Shown here: positions 38,422-51,842 of the stretch, in pieces
Position numbering within the stretch: position 1 is the first letter of the stretch
How the letters are laid out: each line of letters begins with the position of its first letter
Origin: Candidatus Eiseniibacteriota bacterium
GTDB taxonomy: Bacteria > Eisenbacteria > RBG-16-71-46 > CAVPCR01
Direction: 5' to 3'
DNA: 64,000 nucleotides
Assembly (NCBI GenBank): GCA_963702435.1
Contig: CAVPCR010000001.1
Location: 640,001-704,000, forward strand
Made by a program: the position numbers and the translations under genes
The notes under the pieces: generated by a model
Database searches by the model: none
The model's input: the letters and a program-made list of their open reading frames with translations, nothing else
Told to the model about the DNA's origin: nothing

Positions 38422-39535
38422 GGAAAGCTCATGCGACAAGGCTCGTGCTCCGGATCCTGCTCGCCGCCGCGCTCCTCGCGCCCGCCGCCTGCGGGCGGCA
38501 GGGGGCCGAGCACGACGGCGACGCCGGCGCCGCCGCCGATAAGGGCGCGGCCGCGCGTGTCACCACCTTCTCCGTCGCCCCGGCCGCCGACGGCCAGGTG
38601 CTCCTCCTCCCCGCGCGCATCGAGGCCCGCGCGGAAGTGACGATCACGGCGCGGATCCCGGCCCGCGTGACCGACCTCCGCGTCACCGAGGGCCAGTCCT
38701 TCGCCCGCGGGGCGATCCTCGTCGAGTTCGCGGCTCCGGAGACCCGCGAGGCGCTGGCTGCCGCGCGCGCCCGGCGCGACGCGACCATCGTGCGCCGCGA
38801 CCAGGCATCGCGACAGGAAGCGCGCCTCGACTCGCTCTACTCGGTCAGGGTCGCCGCGCTCCGTGAGCTCGAGATGACGAGGTCCGAGCGCAGCGCCGCC
38901 GAGGCAGAGCTCGCGGCGGCGCTCGCCGCCCTCGCCGAGCTCGAATCGGCGACCGCGGTCACCGCTCCGTTCAACGGCGTGGTCGTCCGTCGCCATGTGG
39001 ACGAGGGCGCCTCGGTCGGCCCGGGAACGCCGCTCCTCGATATCCGTTCGGGCGAGCCGGGCGCGATCCTCGCCATGATCCCCGAGTCGGCGGTGCCGCT
39101 CCTCGGGACGGCGCGCGCGAGCTTCCAGATCGCCGACGGACCCTTCCATCCGGCCGTCCTCGAGCGGGTCGACGGCATGACCGACTTCATGACGCGTTCG
39201 CGCGCCGCCCGCTTCCGGCCGGCGTCCGCCGGGATCGTGCTCGACTCCGGCGCCTTCGCCCGCCTGCGGCTCGCCGCGCCCGGCGCCGGGACCTCGAGCC
39301 CGGCCGCCGCCGCTGTCCGCATCCCGGCCGCGGCCCTCGTCCGCCGCGGCGGGCTCGTCGGCGTCTACCTGGTCCGGGACGGCAAGGCGGTCCTCCGCTG
39401 GATCCGCCCCGGCGCAGAAGATGGCGATGGCGTGCAGGTTCTTGCTGGCCTCATGCCAGGCGACGTGATCGCCCTCGAACCCGCGCTCCTCGCCGACGGT
39501 CGCGCGGTCGAGGTGACGGCGGCCGAGGTAGCGCC

Positions 39536-39539
<4 letters not shown>
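38418..39539 (+). CDS. RND efflux periplasmic adaptor (lipoprotein)
   Basis: Lipobox AAC, lipoyl motifs VTEGQSF and VTAPFNGVV, GLMPGD; ATGA overlaps. Confidence 0.85.
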
Positions 39540-42789
<3,250 letters not shown>

Positions 42790-42793
<4 letters not shown>

Positions 42794-43077
42794 AGATGGT
42801 GCTCATGATGGCCGATGCCGCGCGGCTCGACGCGATCCGGGCGGATCTCAAGGCGCTCGGCGCCCCCGGCTACACCGCCTGTCCCGTGCTCGAGGGCGCG
42901 GGACGCACCGGCATCCATGCCGGCGACCGCGTGCATCCGGGCGGGCTCGTCATGCTGATGATCGCGGCGGCCGACGCCGACGCGGAGGCGCTCTTCACGG
43001 AGCTCGTCCGCCGGCGCGACGCGGCGGGCGATCAGGTGAGCCGGCTCTTCATCCTGCCGGTCGAGCGCATGGCTTGA
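42790..43077 (+). CDS. P-II-like small protein
   Basis: MKMVLMM...LKALGAPGYT..VLEGAGRTG...RLFILPVE resembles the GlnB-like fold; ATGA overlap with the permease. Confidence 0.65.
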
Positions 43078-43112
43078 TCGCAGCCACACACTGCAGAGAG
43101 GAGGAATGAACG

Positions 43113-43304
43113 ATGACGATCAACGAGGCCCTCCGCGCCATCGCCGGCGCGTTCGTGCTGGTCTCGGTGGCGCTCGGGGTCTGGGTGAACCCGTGGTGGT
43201 TCGCCTTCACCGCTTTCGTCGGAGCCAACCTCTTCCAGTCGGCCTTCAGCCGCTGGTGCCCGATGATGACCATCCTCAAGAAGGCGGGGCTGCGCACCGG
43301 CTGA
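43113..43304 (+). CDS. DUF2892 (YgaP-like) membrane protein
   Basis: LRAIAGAFVL, FVGANLFQSAFSRWCPMMTILKKAG. Confidence 0.88.
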   Translation: MTINEALRAIAGAFVLVSVALGVWVNPWWFAFTAFVGANLFQSAFSRWCPMMTILKKAGLRTG

Positions 43305-43339
43305 GGATCACACCGGCGGGGCGCCACCCCCGCGCCGTC

Positions 43340-43675
43340 ATGTCCGCCGCGCGCCGCGGCGCTGGAGTCGCGGCTGCTTCTGGTCCCGGACGTGTTGCCG
43401 CCTCGCTCGTGACGCTCCTCGCCCTCGCCGCCGGCATGGCTCCCGCCGCCCACGCGGCGGCGGACGAGCTCGTCGCCGTTCGCTACACGATCACCAGGGA
43501 CAAGCAGCTCCGCGGCGCGCACGAAGCGGCGAACGGCTCCTGCCTCCGTCGAGCAGTAGACCGACGAAGCGAAGCCCGAGGACCGGCAGGCGACCGCGGC
43601 AAGGCCGAGGCCGGGAACGAGAATGTGCTCGCCGAGCTCGCCGAGCTCGCCAGGCTCTGCGAATCGGCGGGCTGA
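43340..43675 (+). pseudogene. Possible remnant of a secreted protein
   Basis: Signal-peptide-like start (LVTLLALAAGMAPAAHAA) followed by a short region with poorer codon bias. Confidence 0.3.
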
Positions 43676-43845
43676 GCGAACTGGGCCGGTTCCGGCCGGC
43701 CGCGCTGGCGGCAAACGAGAGGAGCCTCCCGGCGGCCGGCGCGCACGACGCCGGTCGGCTCCGGGAGGCTCCTGATCTCGCCTGCAATCGTGGGCCCCGT
43801 TCTTCGAGAACGGCGGCCCCGACGAGCGTGCGACTCCTGGCTAGA

Positions 43846-44523
43846 CTAGCGGTAGGTGGCCTTGATCGCTCCCCAGGTTGCATCGAGCGTCGGCGTCGCC
43901 CCATCGAGCAAGAGACAGAGGTCGTCGGCGACGAACACGTTGCCACCGCGGAGGACCGCCCTCACGATGCCGGGCCCGCTGACCGAGAGAAGCTGCAGGT
44001 TAGCCGACAGGTTCACCGAGTCGCTGTCGACCAAGGCGTTCCCGGCGTTGTAGGCCTCCAGCGTGACCAGCGAGGACTCGTCAGCGGATCCGACGAGGAT
44101 CGAAACCGCGCTCATGGGGCTCGAGAAGGTCATCGTCTCGGGGGTCCGCGGAATCCCGCCGTTCTGCATGGTCGCACCGGAGTTGAAGGCCAGGAAATTC
44201 GGTGCGGAGAAGCCGGACACCCCGAAATTGCTGCACTGGTCGAGAATGGCGCCGCCGCCGTTGGCATCCGGCCCGGCGAACGTGACGCCCTGCCCGCTGT
44301 ACTCGTTGCGGAGCGGACCCGTCGAGGCGAATGCGCAGGGCGCGGTCACATTGTCGAAGTTGATCGTGACGTCGCAGAGCCGCTCGATCCTCGGACCATC
44401 TGCAGGCGCGGTGGGTGGTACACCGGTGCTCTCGACACCGGCAATGATCGCGGCGTGGGTCGTCGGCACGTGGATGCAGGCAATGCCGATGAGAAGCAGA
44501 AAGCGCAGTGACAGTCGTCGCAT
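43846..44523 (-). CDS. Secreted protein with TWGAIKATYR tail (unrelated to the DVUA0089-like paralogs)
   Basis: GGGAGG RBS, signal peptide, beta-rich domain (TINFDN...YSGQGVTF...TLEAYNAGNALV), C-terminus ATPTLDATWGAIKATYR. Confidence 0.82.
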   Translation of the reverse strand: MRRLSLRFLLLIGIACIHVPTTHAAIIAGVESTGVPPTAPADGPRIERLCDVTINFDNVTAPCAFASTGPLRNEYSGQGVTFAGPDANGGGAILDQCSNFGVSGFSAPNFLAFNSGATMQNGGIPRTPETMTFSSPMSAVSILVGSADESSLVTLEAYNAGNALVDSDSVNLSANLQLLSVSGPGIVRAVLRGGNVFVADDLCLLLDGATPTLDATWGAIKATYR

Positions 44524-44772
44524 GGGAGACCTCCCTGTAACGGGACGCGGCTGCGTCGCGTGTGTTGTTCCATCAACAGCAGCCCGGGGGGACTGGAGGC
44601 GGCAGCGTAACACACACCGGTGCCGGCGCGCCAGCATCGGGATCTGGCGGTTCCTTGCTGAGTAGATCAACGATTGGACGCGGCTTTGACCCGACCCACC
44701 ACCTCCTGATAAGCTCATGCAGAACACAGGAGACCCGCTCGACCGGTCTCCGCAGTCCAGGGAGACCGGAGC

Positions 44773-45567
44773 GTGAAGCAACTGCGTCTGGCCATACAAC
44801 TCGCTGTCGTAGCCGCCGCCGCGGTGGCCGGCGTTCGCTTCGCGCTCGGCCAGTCGCTCGTCTCGGTCGAGACCTACTGCCCGTTCGGCGGTCTCGAGAC
44901 GGCGTACGCCTTCGTCACGCGCCAGCGCTTCACCTGCGCCGCCGGCGACACCAACGTCGCCCTCTTCGTCGCGCTCCTCGCGCTCACCGTCCTCGCGCGG
45001 AAGGCCTTCTGCGGCTGGGTCTGCCCCGTCGGCGCCCTGGCCGAGTGGGAAGGGAAGCTCGCGCAGCGGCTCTTCCGCCGGAGCGACTACGCGGGCATCG
45101 TGCGCGTGCCGCCGCGCGTCGATCGCGCGCTCCGGATCGTGCTGCGCGTGCTCGTGCTCGCGGTCATCCTCATCGCGACATGGACGACCGGCGAGCTCGT
45201 GTTCCGCGGCTACGATCCCTACTACATCCTCTTCAGCGCGCATGGACACGATGTGCGCGCGTGGAGCTACGCGATCCTCGGCGGCCTCGCCGTCCTCGGC
45301 CTTGTGCTGCCGATGGCCTGGTGCCGCTACCTGTGCCCGCTCGGCACCACGATCTGGCCCTTCTCCGCCCTCGGCCGGCTGCGGCTCGCCCGCGTGGACG
45401 ACCACTGCACGGCCTGCGGCGCCTGCGACCAGGCCTGCCCGCAGTTGATCGACGTCTCGCGGGTCTCGGTCGTGCGCTCCGGCGAGTGCACGCTGTGCCT
45501 CGAGTGCACGGCGGTCTGCCCGAGCGATGGCGCGCTCGAGCTCCGCTTCGCGGGAGCCCGGCGATGA
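44773..45567 (+). CDS. Membrane 4Fe-4S binding protein (NapH/MauN/YccM-like)
   Basis: YCPFGGLE, FCGWVCPVG, WCRYLCPLG, CTACGACDQACP, CTLCLECTAVCP. Confidence 0.9.
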   Translation: MKQLRLAIQLAVVAAAAVAGVRFALGQSLVSVETYCPFGGLETAYAFVTRQRFTCAAGDTNVALFVALLALTVLARKAFCGWVCPVGALAEWEGKLAQRLFRRSDYAGIVRVPPRVDRALRIVLRVLVLAVILIATWTTGELVFRGYDPYYILFSAHGHDVRAWSYAILGGLAVLGLVLPMAWCRYLCPLGTTIWPFSALGRLRLARVDDHCTACGACDQACPQLIDVSRVSVVRSGECTLCLECTAVCPSDGALELRFAGARR

Positions 45568-45580
45568 GGATGGTCCAGCG

Positions 45581-45988
45581 ATGAGAGTCCCCCACTGGAT
45601 CGTGCCCGCGCTCGTGATCGCGGCGGCCGTCGCCGGCGTCGGCGGCGCGCGGCTCTTCGCCGCGCCGAGCGTGGTCCGCGACTTCAGCGCACCCGCGCCG
45701 GGCGCCGCCCCGCGCCACGTCATCTTCATCGTCCAGGGTGTGCGCTGCGTGGACACGGCCGAGCGCGCCGCGAAGCAGCTCGCGGAGGTCCCGGGCGTGA
45801 TCCGGTTCACGGCATGGGCGGCACGGGCCAGGGTCGAGGTGACCTACGACCCGGCCGTCACCAGTGCGTCCGCCCTGCAAGAGGCGCTCGAAGGGCCGGT
45901 GTACAACGAGACGACCGGCGAGTTCCTGTTCGGTGTGTTCGCCGTCCGCGAGATCGAGGGCGGCGAGAATCTGGAAAGGCCCCGCTGA
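45581..45988 (+). CDS. Membrane-anchored HMA-like domain protein
   Basis: N-terminal TM; FIVQGVRCVDTA...VPGV...VTYDP HMA fold with CxxT. Confidence 0.75.
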   Translation: MRVPHWIVPALVIAAAVAGVGGARLFAAPSVVRDFSAPAPGAAPRHVIFIVQGVRCVDTAERAAKQLAEVPGVIRFTAWAARARVEVTYDPAVTSASALQEALEGPVYNETTGEFLFGVFAVREIEGGENLERPR

Positions 45989-46026
45989 TAGAGCAGCGAT
46001 CATTCATGTCACTGGAGGACCATTCG

Positions 46027-46464
46027 ATGCGTTCCACGTCTCTCGCCCTCATCCTGGCCTGCACCTTGATCCTCATGGGAAGCGCCTCCCTGGCAGCCGA
46101 CACGCCGGCCAAGGACGCGCCTCCGACCAAGAACGCCGCCCCGGCCGCCCCGGCCACTCAGACCGCGGTCTTCGCCGTGCCGAACCTGTCCGATCAGGCC
46201 GTGGTTAAGGACCTGAACAAGGCGCTCGCCAAGGAGAAGGGCATCCTCTCGGCCAAGGCCGAGACCGAGACCGGGAAGTTCCTCGTCACCTTCGAGACGG
46301 CGCAGAACTCGCCCGAGGCGCTGACGCAGGTCGTGACCAAGGTGGTGCCGCAGGCCAAGCTCGACACCGTGCGCGCCGCGGATGCCAAGCCCGCCGCCCG
46401 TGGTGACTGCGGCAAGTGCCCGAGCAAGTCGTCGTGCCCGAACGCGAAGAAGACGACGAGCTGA
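46027..46464 (+). CDS. Exported HMA-like protein with Cys-rich tail
   Basis: GGAGG RBS, signal peptide, HMA-like core lacking CxxC, C-terminal CGKCPSKSSC. Confidence 0.65.
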   Translation: MRSTSLALILACTLILMGSASLAADTPAKDAPPTKNAAPAAPATQTAVFAVPNLSDQAVVKDLNKALAKEKGILSAKAETETGKFLVTFETAQNSPEALTQVVTKVVPQAKLDTVRAADAKPAARGDCGKCPSKSSCPNAKKTTS

Positions 46465-46677
46465 CGGCGCGCGGCCGCGGACTCCGCGCCGCCAGCGGAC
46501 CGACTGCCGACCACCACGGCGCGGAGCGCATGCTCCGCGCCGCCCTCTCCCTGCCGGGCATGCGGCCGCCGGCGCCGATGCGGCCTGTTGCCGCGGGCCG
46601 ATGCGTTCCCGTATACTCCCTGCCCTGCCTCACCGACAGCGCGGGCCCCATCCACTCTTCAAGGAAGGAAGCAGATC

Positions 46678-47073
46678 ATGGGTCTATTCGACGGCATGCT
46701 CGAGAAGCTGGGCATCAAGAAGGCTGAGGCCGCGCCGGCCCCCAAGGCGCAACCGTTCCAGCCCACGCTCCTGACCCCCATTCCGCAGGAGGCGAAGCTG
46801 GCCCCGATGTCGGCCGTGGATGTCGTCGCCAAGCTCGAGAGCCTCGCCAAGGCCAACCCGCAGAAGCTCAACTGGAAGACCTCGATCGTGGATCTCATGA
46901 AGCTCCTCGACATGGACTCGAGCCTCACGGCGCGCAAGGAGCTGGCGACCGAGCTGGGCTGCCCGGCCGATCTCATGGGCGACTCGGCGAAGATGAACGT
47001 GTGGCTGCACAAGACGGTGCTCGCGAAGATCGCCGAGAACGGCGGCAACATCCCCGCGGAGTTGCTCGACTAG
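46678..47073 (+). CDS. DUF3597 domain protein
   Basis: KLNWKTSIVDLMKLLDMDSSLTARKELATELG...DSAKMNVWLHK. Confidence 0.88.
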   Translation: MGLFDGMLEKLGIKKAEAAPAPKAQPFQPTLLTPIPQEAKLAPMSAVDVVAKLESLAKANPQKLNWKTSIVDLMKLLDMDSSLTARKELATELGCPADLMGDSAKMNVWLHKTVLAKIAENGGNIPAELLD

Positions 47074-47149
47074 ACTGAACGCGGCTGGGGGCGGCCGGCG
47101 ATGACTCGCCCGCCGCCCGCCCGGGGCCGCCGCGAGTCTTCGGCCCACG

Positions 47150-48478
47150 ATGAACCCAACGTCCACCCCACCTCGCATCTACAACCTCTTCCCGCGCCTC
47201 GCCGGTGATCTCACGCGCTGGTCCGAGGTCGCGCGCCATGCGCGCGCCATGGGCTTCGACTGGCTCTACGTGAATCCGTTCCACTACCCGGGTTTCTCCG
47301 GGAGCATGTACGCGGTCAAGGACTATTACCGCGTGGATCCGCTCCTCCTGCCCCCGGATCACCCCGACGCCCACTACGAGGAGAAGGTGCGCGGCGACGG
47401 GGGGATCGAGCTCCTGCGCGACACGATCGCCGCGATCCGCGCCCTCGGGCTCCGCCCGCTCATGGATCTCGTCGTCAATCACACGGCGCGGGACTCGCAT
47501 CTCGCCGCCGCGCATCCCGACTGGTACGTCCGCGACGCGGCGGGCGAGGTCCAGAGCCCGCATGCGATCGATCCCGCCGACGCGCGCCGGGTCACCGTGT
47601 GGGGCGATCTCGCCGAGATCGACAACGGGGGGGCGCGGGATCGGGACCGGCTCTGGCACTACTGGACCGATCTCGTCACGTTCTACGCGGAGCTCGGGTT
47701 CGAGGGATTCCGCGCCGACGCCGCGTACAAGGTGCCGGCCGCCCTGTGGGCGCATCTGGTCGCGCGCGCCCGCGCCGTGCGCCCCGGGGCCGCGTTCTTC
47801 GCCGAGACGCTCGGCGCCCGCCTCGAGGAAATCGCGTCCCTCGGCCCCGCCGGCTTCGACTACCTCTTCTCGAGCGTCAAGTGGTGGGATCTCGCCGCAC
47901 CGTGGTGCCTCGAGCAGCAGCGGGACCACGCGGCGATCGCGCCCTCGGTGAGCTTCCCCGAGTCGCACGACACGCCGCGCCTCATGGCGGAGACCGGCAG
48001 CTCCGTCGTCGTGCAGAAGCAGCGCTACGCGCTGGCCGCCGCCTTCTCGACCGCGGTCCTGATGCCGATCGATTACGAGCGCGGGGCGCGGCGGCGGCTC
48101 GATGTCGTCGCCACCCGGGCGAGCGACCGCGAGCCGCCGGCCTGCGATCTCTCGGCCTTCGTCGCGCGCGTGAATGCGGCGAAGGTCCGCTTCCCCGCGC
48201 TCGCCGCGGAGGACGTGACGGCGGCAAGCCCGCTCGCTGCGCCGGCCATCCTCCTCGCAAAACGCGCCGGGAGCGCGCGTGCCTGGATCGCCCTCAACAA
48301 GGACTGGCACGCCGCGCAGGAGCTCGCGCTCGACGGCATCGGCCCGGCTTGCGTCCTCCGCGTGTGCGCGGACGGGACGAATGCGGAAGCCGCCGCCGCT
48401 CCGGCCGAGCCCGCCGGCCCCCGTCTCCGCCTCGCCCCGGCCGAGGTCGCCTACCTTGTGCCGGACCCCGAGCGGTGA
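47150..48478 (+). CDS. GH13 alpha-amylase family protein
   Basis: DLVVNHT, GFRADAAY, AETLG and ESHDT conserved regions. Confidence 0.88.
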   Translation: MNPTSTPPRIYNLFPRLAGDLTRWSEVARHARAMGFDWLYVNPFHYPGFSGSMYAVKDYYRVDPLLLPPDHPDAHYEEKVRGDGGIELLRDTIAAIRALGLRPLMDLVVNHTARDSHLAAAHPDWYVRDAAGEVQSPHAIDPADARRVTVWGDLAEIDNGGARDRDRLWHYWTDLVTFYAELGFEGFRADAAYKVPAALWAHLVARARAVRPGAAFFAETLGARLEEIASLGPAGFDYLFSSVKWWDLAAPWCLEQQRDHAAIAPSVSFPESHDTPRLMAETGSSVVVQKQRYALAAAFSTAVLMPIDYERGARRRLDVVATRASDREPPACDLSAFVARVNAAKVRFPALAAEDVTAASPLAAPAILLAKRAGSARAWIALNKDWHAAQELALDGIGPACVLRVCADGTNAEAAAAPAEPAGPRLRLAPAEVAYLVPDPER

Positions 48479-48496
48479 CCGGCGCCCATCCGGTGC

Positions 48497-49201
48497 TCAG
48501 CGGGCGATGACGATCTTCTCCCGGCGGAGTTTGCCGCGCGATTCGAGAACGACGAGATAGACGCCGGCCGGCACCGGGTCGCCGCTCGCGGTCATGCCAT
48601 CCCAGGTCACCACATGGCGCCCCGGACCGAGGTCTCTGGCGAGCAGTGACCGCACGACCCGCCCGCCGGCGCCGGCGATGCGCAAGTCAACGTGCGCGGC
48701 TCGTGGCAGATCGAAGGGAATGCTGGCCGCGAGCGCGAGCGGCTGCGGATAGGGCGCATGCAGGGCGAAGGAATGAGCCGGCACGCGCACGGAGAGCGTC
48801 GCCCCCAGCTCCCGCCCGCCCCGGCGTCCGATCGCCACGAGCTCGTAGGCATAGGCTGCGGGCGCCCAGGAGAGCTCGCCGTCGGTCGAGCGATGGAGGC
48901 TCGACTCCATGGTGCCGGCGATGACGAGATCCGGATCGGCGAGGCTCGGGGCGAGCGCGGTGACGCGCGCCGCGGAGAGACCTTCGCTCCGCGGTTGCCA
49001 GGAGAGACCATCGTCCGGCGTGCGGTAGACGCCGGCGTCGGTTCCGGCGTAGGCGACGGTTCCCAAGGCGGCGTAGGCAAGCACGTTCGCGGGGCCGTAC
49101 CAGGGCCCGATCGGCTGCCATGGAGCTGCGAGCTCCGGGGACGAGAACGCGAGCAGCAACATGGTGGCAGTCAGCGTGCGGCCGTCTGGGGTGCTGGACA
49201 T
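48497..49201 (-). pseudogene. Internally deleted secreted beta-propeller/FlgD-CTD protein
   Basis: About two BNR-like blades (YAGTDAGVYRTPDDGLSW, HRSTDGELSW) joined directly to a FlgD-type C-terminal domain; degraded signal peptide. Confidence 0.55.
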
Positions 49202-49616
49202 GGGATCTACTCCGAAGCGGCGGTGCGCTGAGGGGGCTCGGACTCATCATACAGGCGCTGCATGCGCCCGCCATCAGACGAGGTCTGGCCCGGCCGAAGC
49301 CCGCCACCTCGCCCTCGAACGGCCCTGGGTGCCAACGCCGTTCACACGGTTGATCACGGCGTTGGCAGAGACTCATGTCGATCGAGCCGCCGGATCGTCG
49401 CGAAGCCGGCCGGTCCGTCCCCGGATGACAGTGCCGTGCGTGGTGTTGTTGCCCATGGCCGGAACCCGATGGGCGCCGGGGAAGCGAGACCGGGGTCGGC
49501 ATGAACCATGCAATGAGCGGAGTGGCGCGCGTCCTGACGTGCCCCGGGAAGGAGGGGTGCACATTGGATGCGGGGCCGCGCGGCGACGGCGATCGCGGCG
49601 AGTAGCCGGGCCAGCA

Positions 49617-49732
49617 AGTTCACAAAACCCGACAGCGTTTGATGCGGAGGGAGGTGGCGACCGGGATCATCCGAGCGAGGCGGAGTTCACAAAACCCGAC
49701 AGCGTTTGACGCGGCGGGAGGTAGCGGCCGGG
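49617..49732 (-). repeat. Direct repeat pair (49 bp, period 67), inverted relative to 36244-36343
   Basis: AGTTCACAAAACCCGACAGCGTTTGA at 49617 and 49684. Confidence 0.9.
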
Positions 49733-49744
49733 CGATGCCGCCCG

Positions 49745-51742
49745 CTAGGCGAGCCAGCGCGCGAGCCAGGCGTGGATCGCGGCGTACCAGGCCTCCGCGT
49801 TCCTCGGCTTCTCGATCCAGTGCCCCTCGTCGGGGAAATAGAGGAGCTCGGACGGCACGCCGCGGGCCCGGAGCGCAGTGAACACATTGATGCCCCCGAG
49901 AACCGGGCAGCGGAAGTCCTGCTCCCCGTGGAGCACCAGCATCGGGGTCTTGAACGCGGCGAGCGCGCGGTCGGGCGACCAGCGCGCGTAGGCCGCCGGG
50001 TTCTCGACCGGGCTCCCCTCGAGCTCCCAGTGCGGGAACCAGAGCTCCTCGGTGCCGTAGTACATGATCTCGAGGTTGAAGATGCCGGCGTGGTTGACCA
50101 GGGCGCGGAACCGATCGGTGTGCCCGGCGAACCAGTTCATCATGTACCCGCCGAAGGAGGCGCCGGCCGCCGCCATGCGCTCGCCATCGATGAAGTCACA
50201 GGTCGCGAGGAGGTGATCGACGCCGCGCATGAGATCGTCGAAGCAACGGCCGCCCCAGTCGTTCCGGATCTGGTCCGAGAAGAGCTGGCCGTAGCCGCTC
50301 GATCCGCGCGGGTTGACCATGGCTACCACGTAGCCGGGGGCCGCGAACAGGTGCGCGTTCCAGCGATAGCCGAACTGATCGGCGAAGGCCGCATGCGGTC
50401 CGCCGTGGACGAGGTAGACGAGCGGATAACGGCGCTCCGGCGTGAAATTCGGCGGCAAAATGAGAAGACCATGCACCTCGGCGCCGTCTGCAGCCGGGAA
50501 CGTGAAGTCCCGGACCGGCGCGAGGTCGATCCCGGAGAGGCGCTCGGCGTGAAGCCGGGTGAGCGGGCAGACGGCACCGCTCGGGAGATCGAGGCGATGG
50601 AGCTCGGCCGGCGCGACGGCGCTCTGTCGTGCAATGACGAGATAGGTCCCGTCGTGGCCGACTGCCTTGAGTTCGTCGTAGCTCCCCTGCGTGATCCGGA
50701 CCGGCGCGCCGCCGGCGACGGCGACCCGCCAGACCGTCTTCCGGCCGCGCTCCTCGGCATGGAAGTAGAGACACCTCGCATCCGGGGCCCAGACGAAATC
50801 GCCGACCGAGAGATCGAGCTCCGCGGTGAGCGAGCGCGCTCCCCCTCTCGCGCGATCCACGAGCACGAGCTCGCGGCGATCGGACTCGTAGCCCTCGCGG
50901 GCCATGGCCAGGAAGGCGAGCCAGCGCCCGTCGGGGGAATGACGCGGGTTGGCCTCGCAGCCACGGCCGGGGGTGACCCGGCGTCCGCCGGCCGCTCCCG
51001 CGCCGTCCGGGAAGGGAGCGACCACGATCCCGTTCGACGTGCTGAGCGCGACGACCGGATCGTCGTTCCGGGCGAAGGCGATCTCGCCGCCGCCCGGCGC
51101 TACATCGTAATCGCAGCTCCCGCCGAGTGCGATCGGCGGCACGTCACGCTCGCCCGGGGTCAGGTCGCAGATGTGCCCGCTCGCGAGATCCACGGCGAAG
51201 AGGTGGTTCTTCTTTCCGTCGCGCCACGCGTCCCAGTGGCGGAACAGGAGCTCGCGCTCGTGGCGGGGGCCGCCCGCGCCCTCGACTGGACGCGCCGCCG
51301 GCGCGAGCGGCGCCGCCGGATCCACCTTCCCGGTCACGACGAGCGCCTTCCCGTCCGGCGCGAAGCGCGGCCCGCTCACCTCGAACGGGAGATCGGTCAG
51401 GCGGACGGCCTCGCCGCCCGCCATCGGGAGGAGCCAGACCTGCTTCGACCCCGCGCGATCGGAGATGAAGGCCAGCGTCCGCCCATCCGGGGAGAGGCGC
51501 GGCGATCCGTTCGAGTGCGGCCCGCGGACGAGCGGCCGCGCCTCGCCGTCGCCGCTCGCGGGCACGACCCAGAGCTCCTTCACGAGCTTGTTGCTGACGG
51601 TCGAGGGCCAGGCCACCTCGAAGACGATGCGGTCGGTGCCGGGCGCGGTCGTCGCATCGCCGAGGCGCCCGACCTGGATCAGGTCGGCGAAGGTGAAGGG
51701 GCGACCACCGCGAGTAGGCTCGGCGCGGGCAGGCTCGGTCAT
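49745..51742 (-). CDS. S9 family peptidase (dipeptidyl aminopeptidase / acylaminoacyl peptidase)
   Basis: PD40-like repeats SPDGRTLAF, VHGGPH, GASFGG nucleophile, HGEQDFR, FPDEGH. Confidence 0.93.
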   Translation of the reverse strand: MTEPARAEPTRGGRPFTFADLIQVGRLGDATTAPGTDRIVFEVAWPSTVSNKLVKELWVVPASGDGEARPLVRGPHSNGSPRLSPDGRTLAFISDRAGSKQVWLLPMAGGEAVRLTDLPFEVSGPRFAPDGKALVVTGKVDPAAPLAPAARPVEGAGGPRHERELLFRHWDAWRDGKKNHLFAVDLASGHICDLTPGERDVPPIALGGSCDYDVAPGGGEIAFARNDDPVVALSTSNGIVVAPFPDGAGAAGGRRVTPGRGCEANPRHSPDGRWLAFLAMAREGYESDRRELVLVDRARGGARSLTAELDLSVGDFVWAPDARCLYFHAEERGRKTVWRVAVAGGAPVRITQGSYDELKAVGHDGTYLVIARQSAVAPAELHRLDLPSGAVCPLTRLHAERLSGIDLAPVRDFTFPAADGAEVHGLLILPPNFTPERRYPLVYLVHGGPHAAFADQFGYRWNAHLFAAPGYVVAMVNPRGSSGYGQLFSDQIRNDWGGRCFDDLMRGVDHLLATCDFIDGERMAAAGASFGGYMMNWFAGHTDRFRALVNHAGIFNLEIMYYGTEELWFPHWELEGSPVENPAAYARWSPDRALAAFKTPMLVLHGEQDFRCPVLGGINVFTALRARGVPSELLYFPDEGHWIEKPRNAEAWYAAIHAWLARWLA

Positions 51743-51842
51743 GGCAGGACTCCTCCTTGAGCGATGCATCATACCTGCTGCACCGCCCCCGGAGGAGTCC
51801 CGCCGCGAACACCCGGTCGAACGCGTCCGCTCGGGGCCCGGT

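Noticed and set aside
44645..44658. TGGCGGTTCCTTGC as a sigma54 promoter for the 4Fe-4S gene
   Set aside because: Spacing is GG-N9-GC, one base short.
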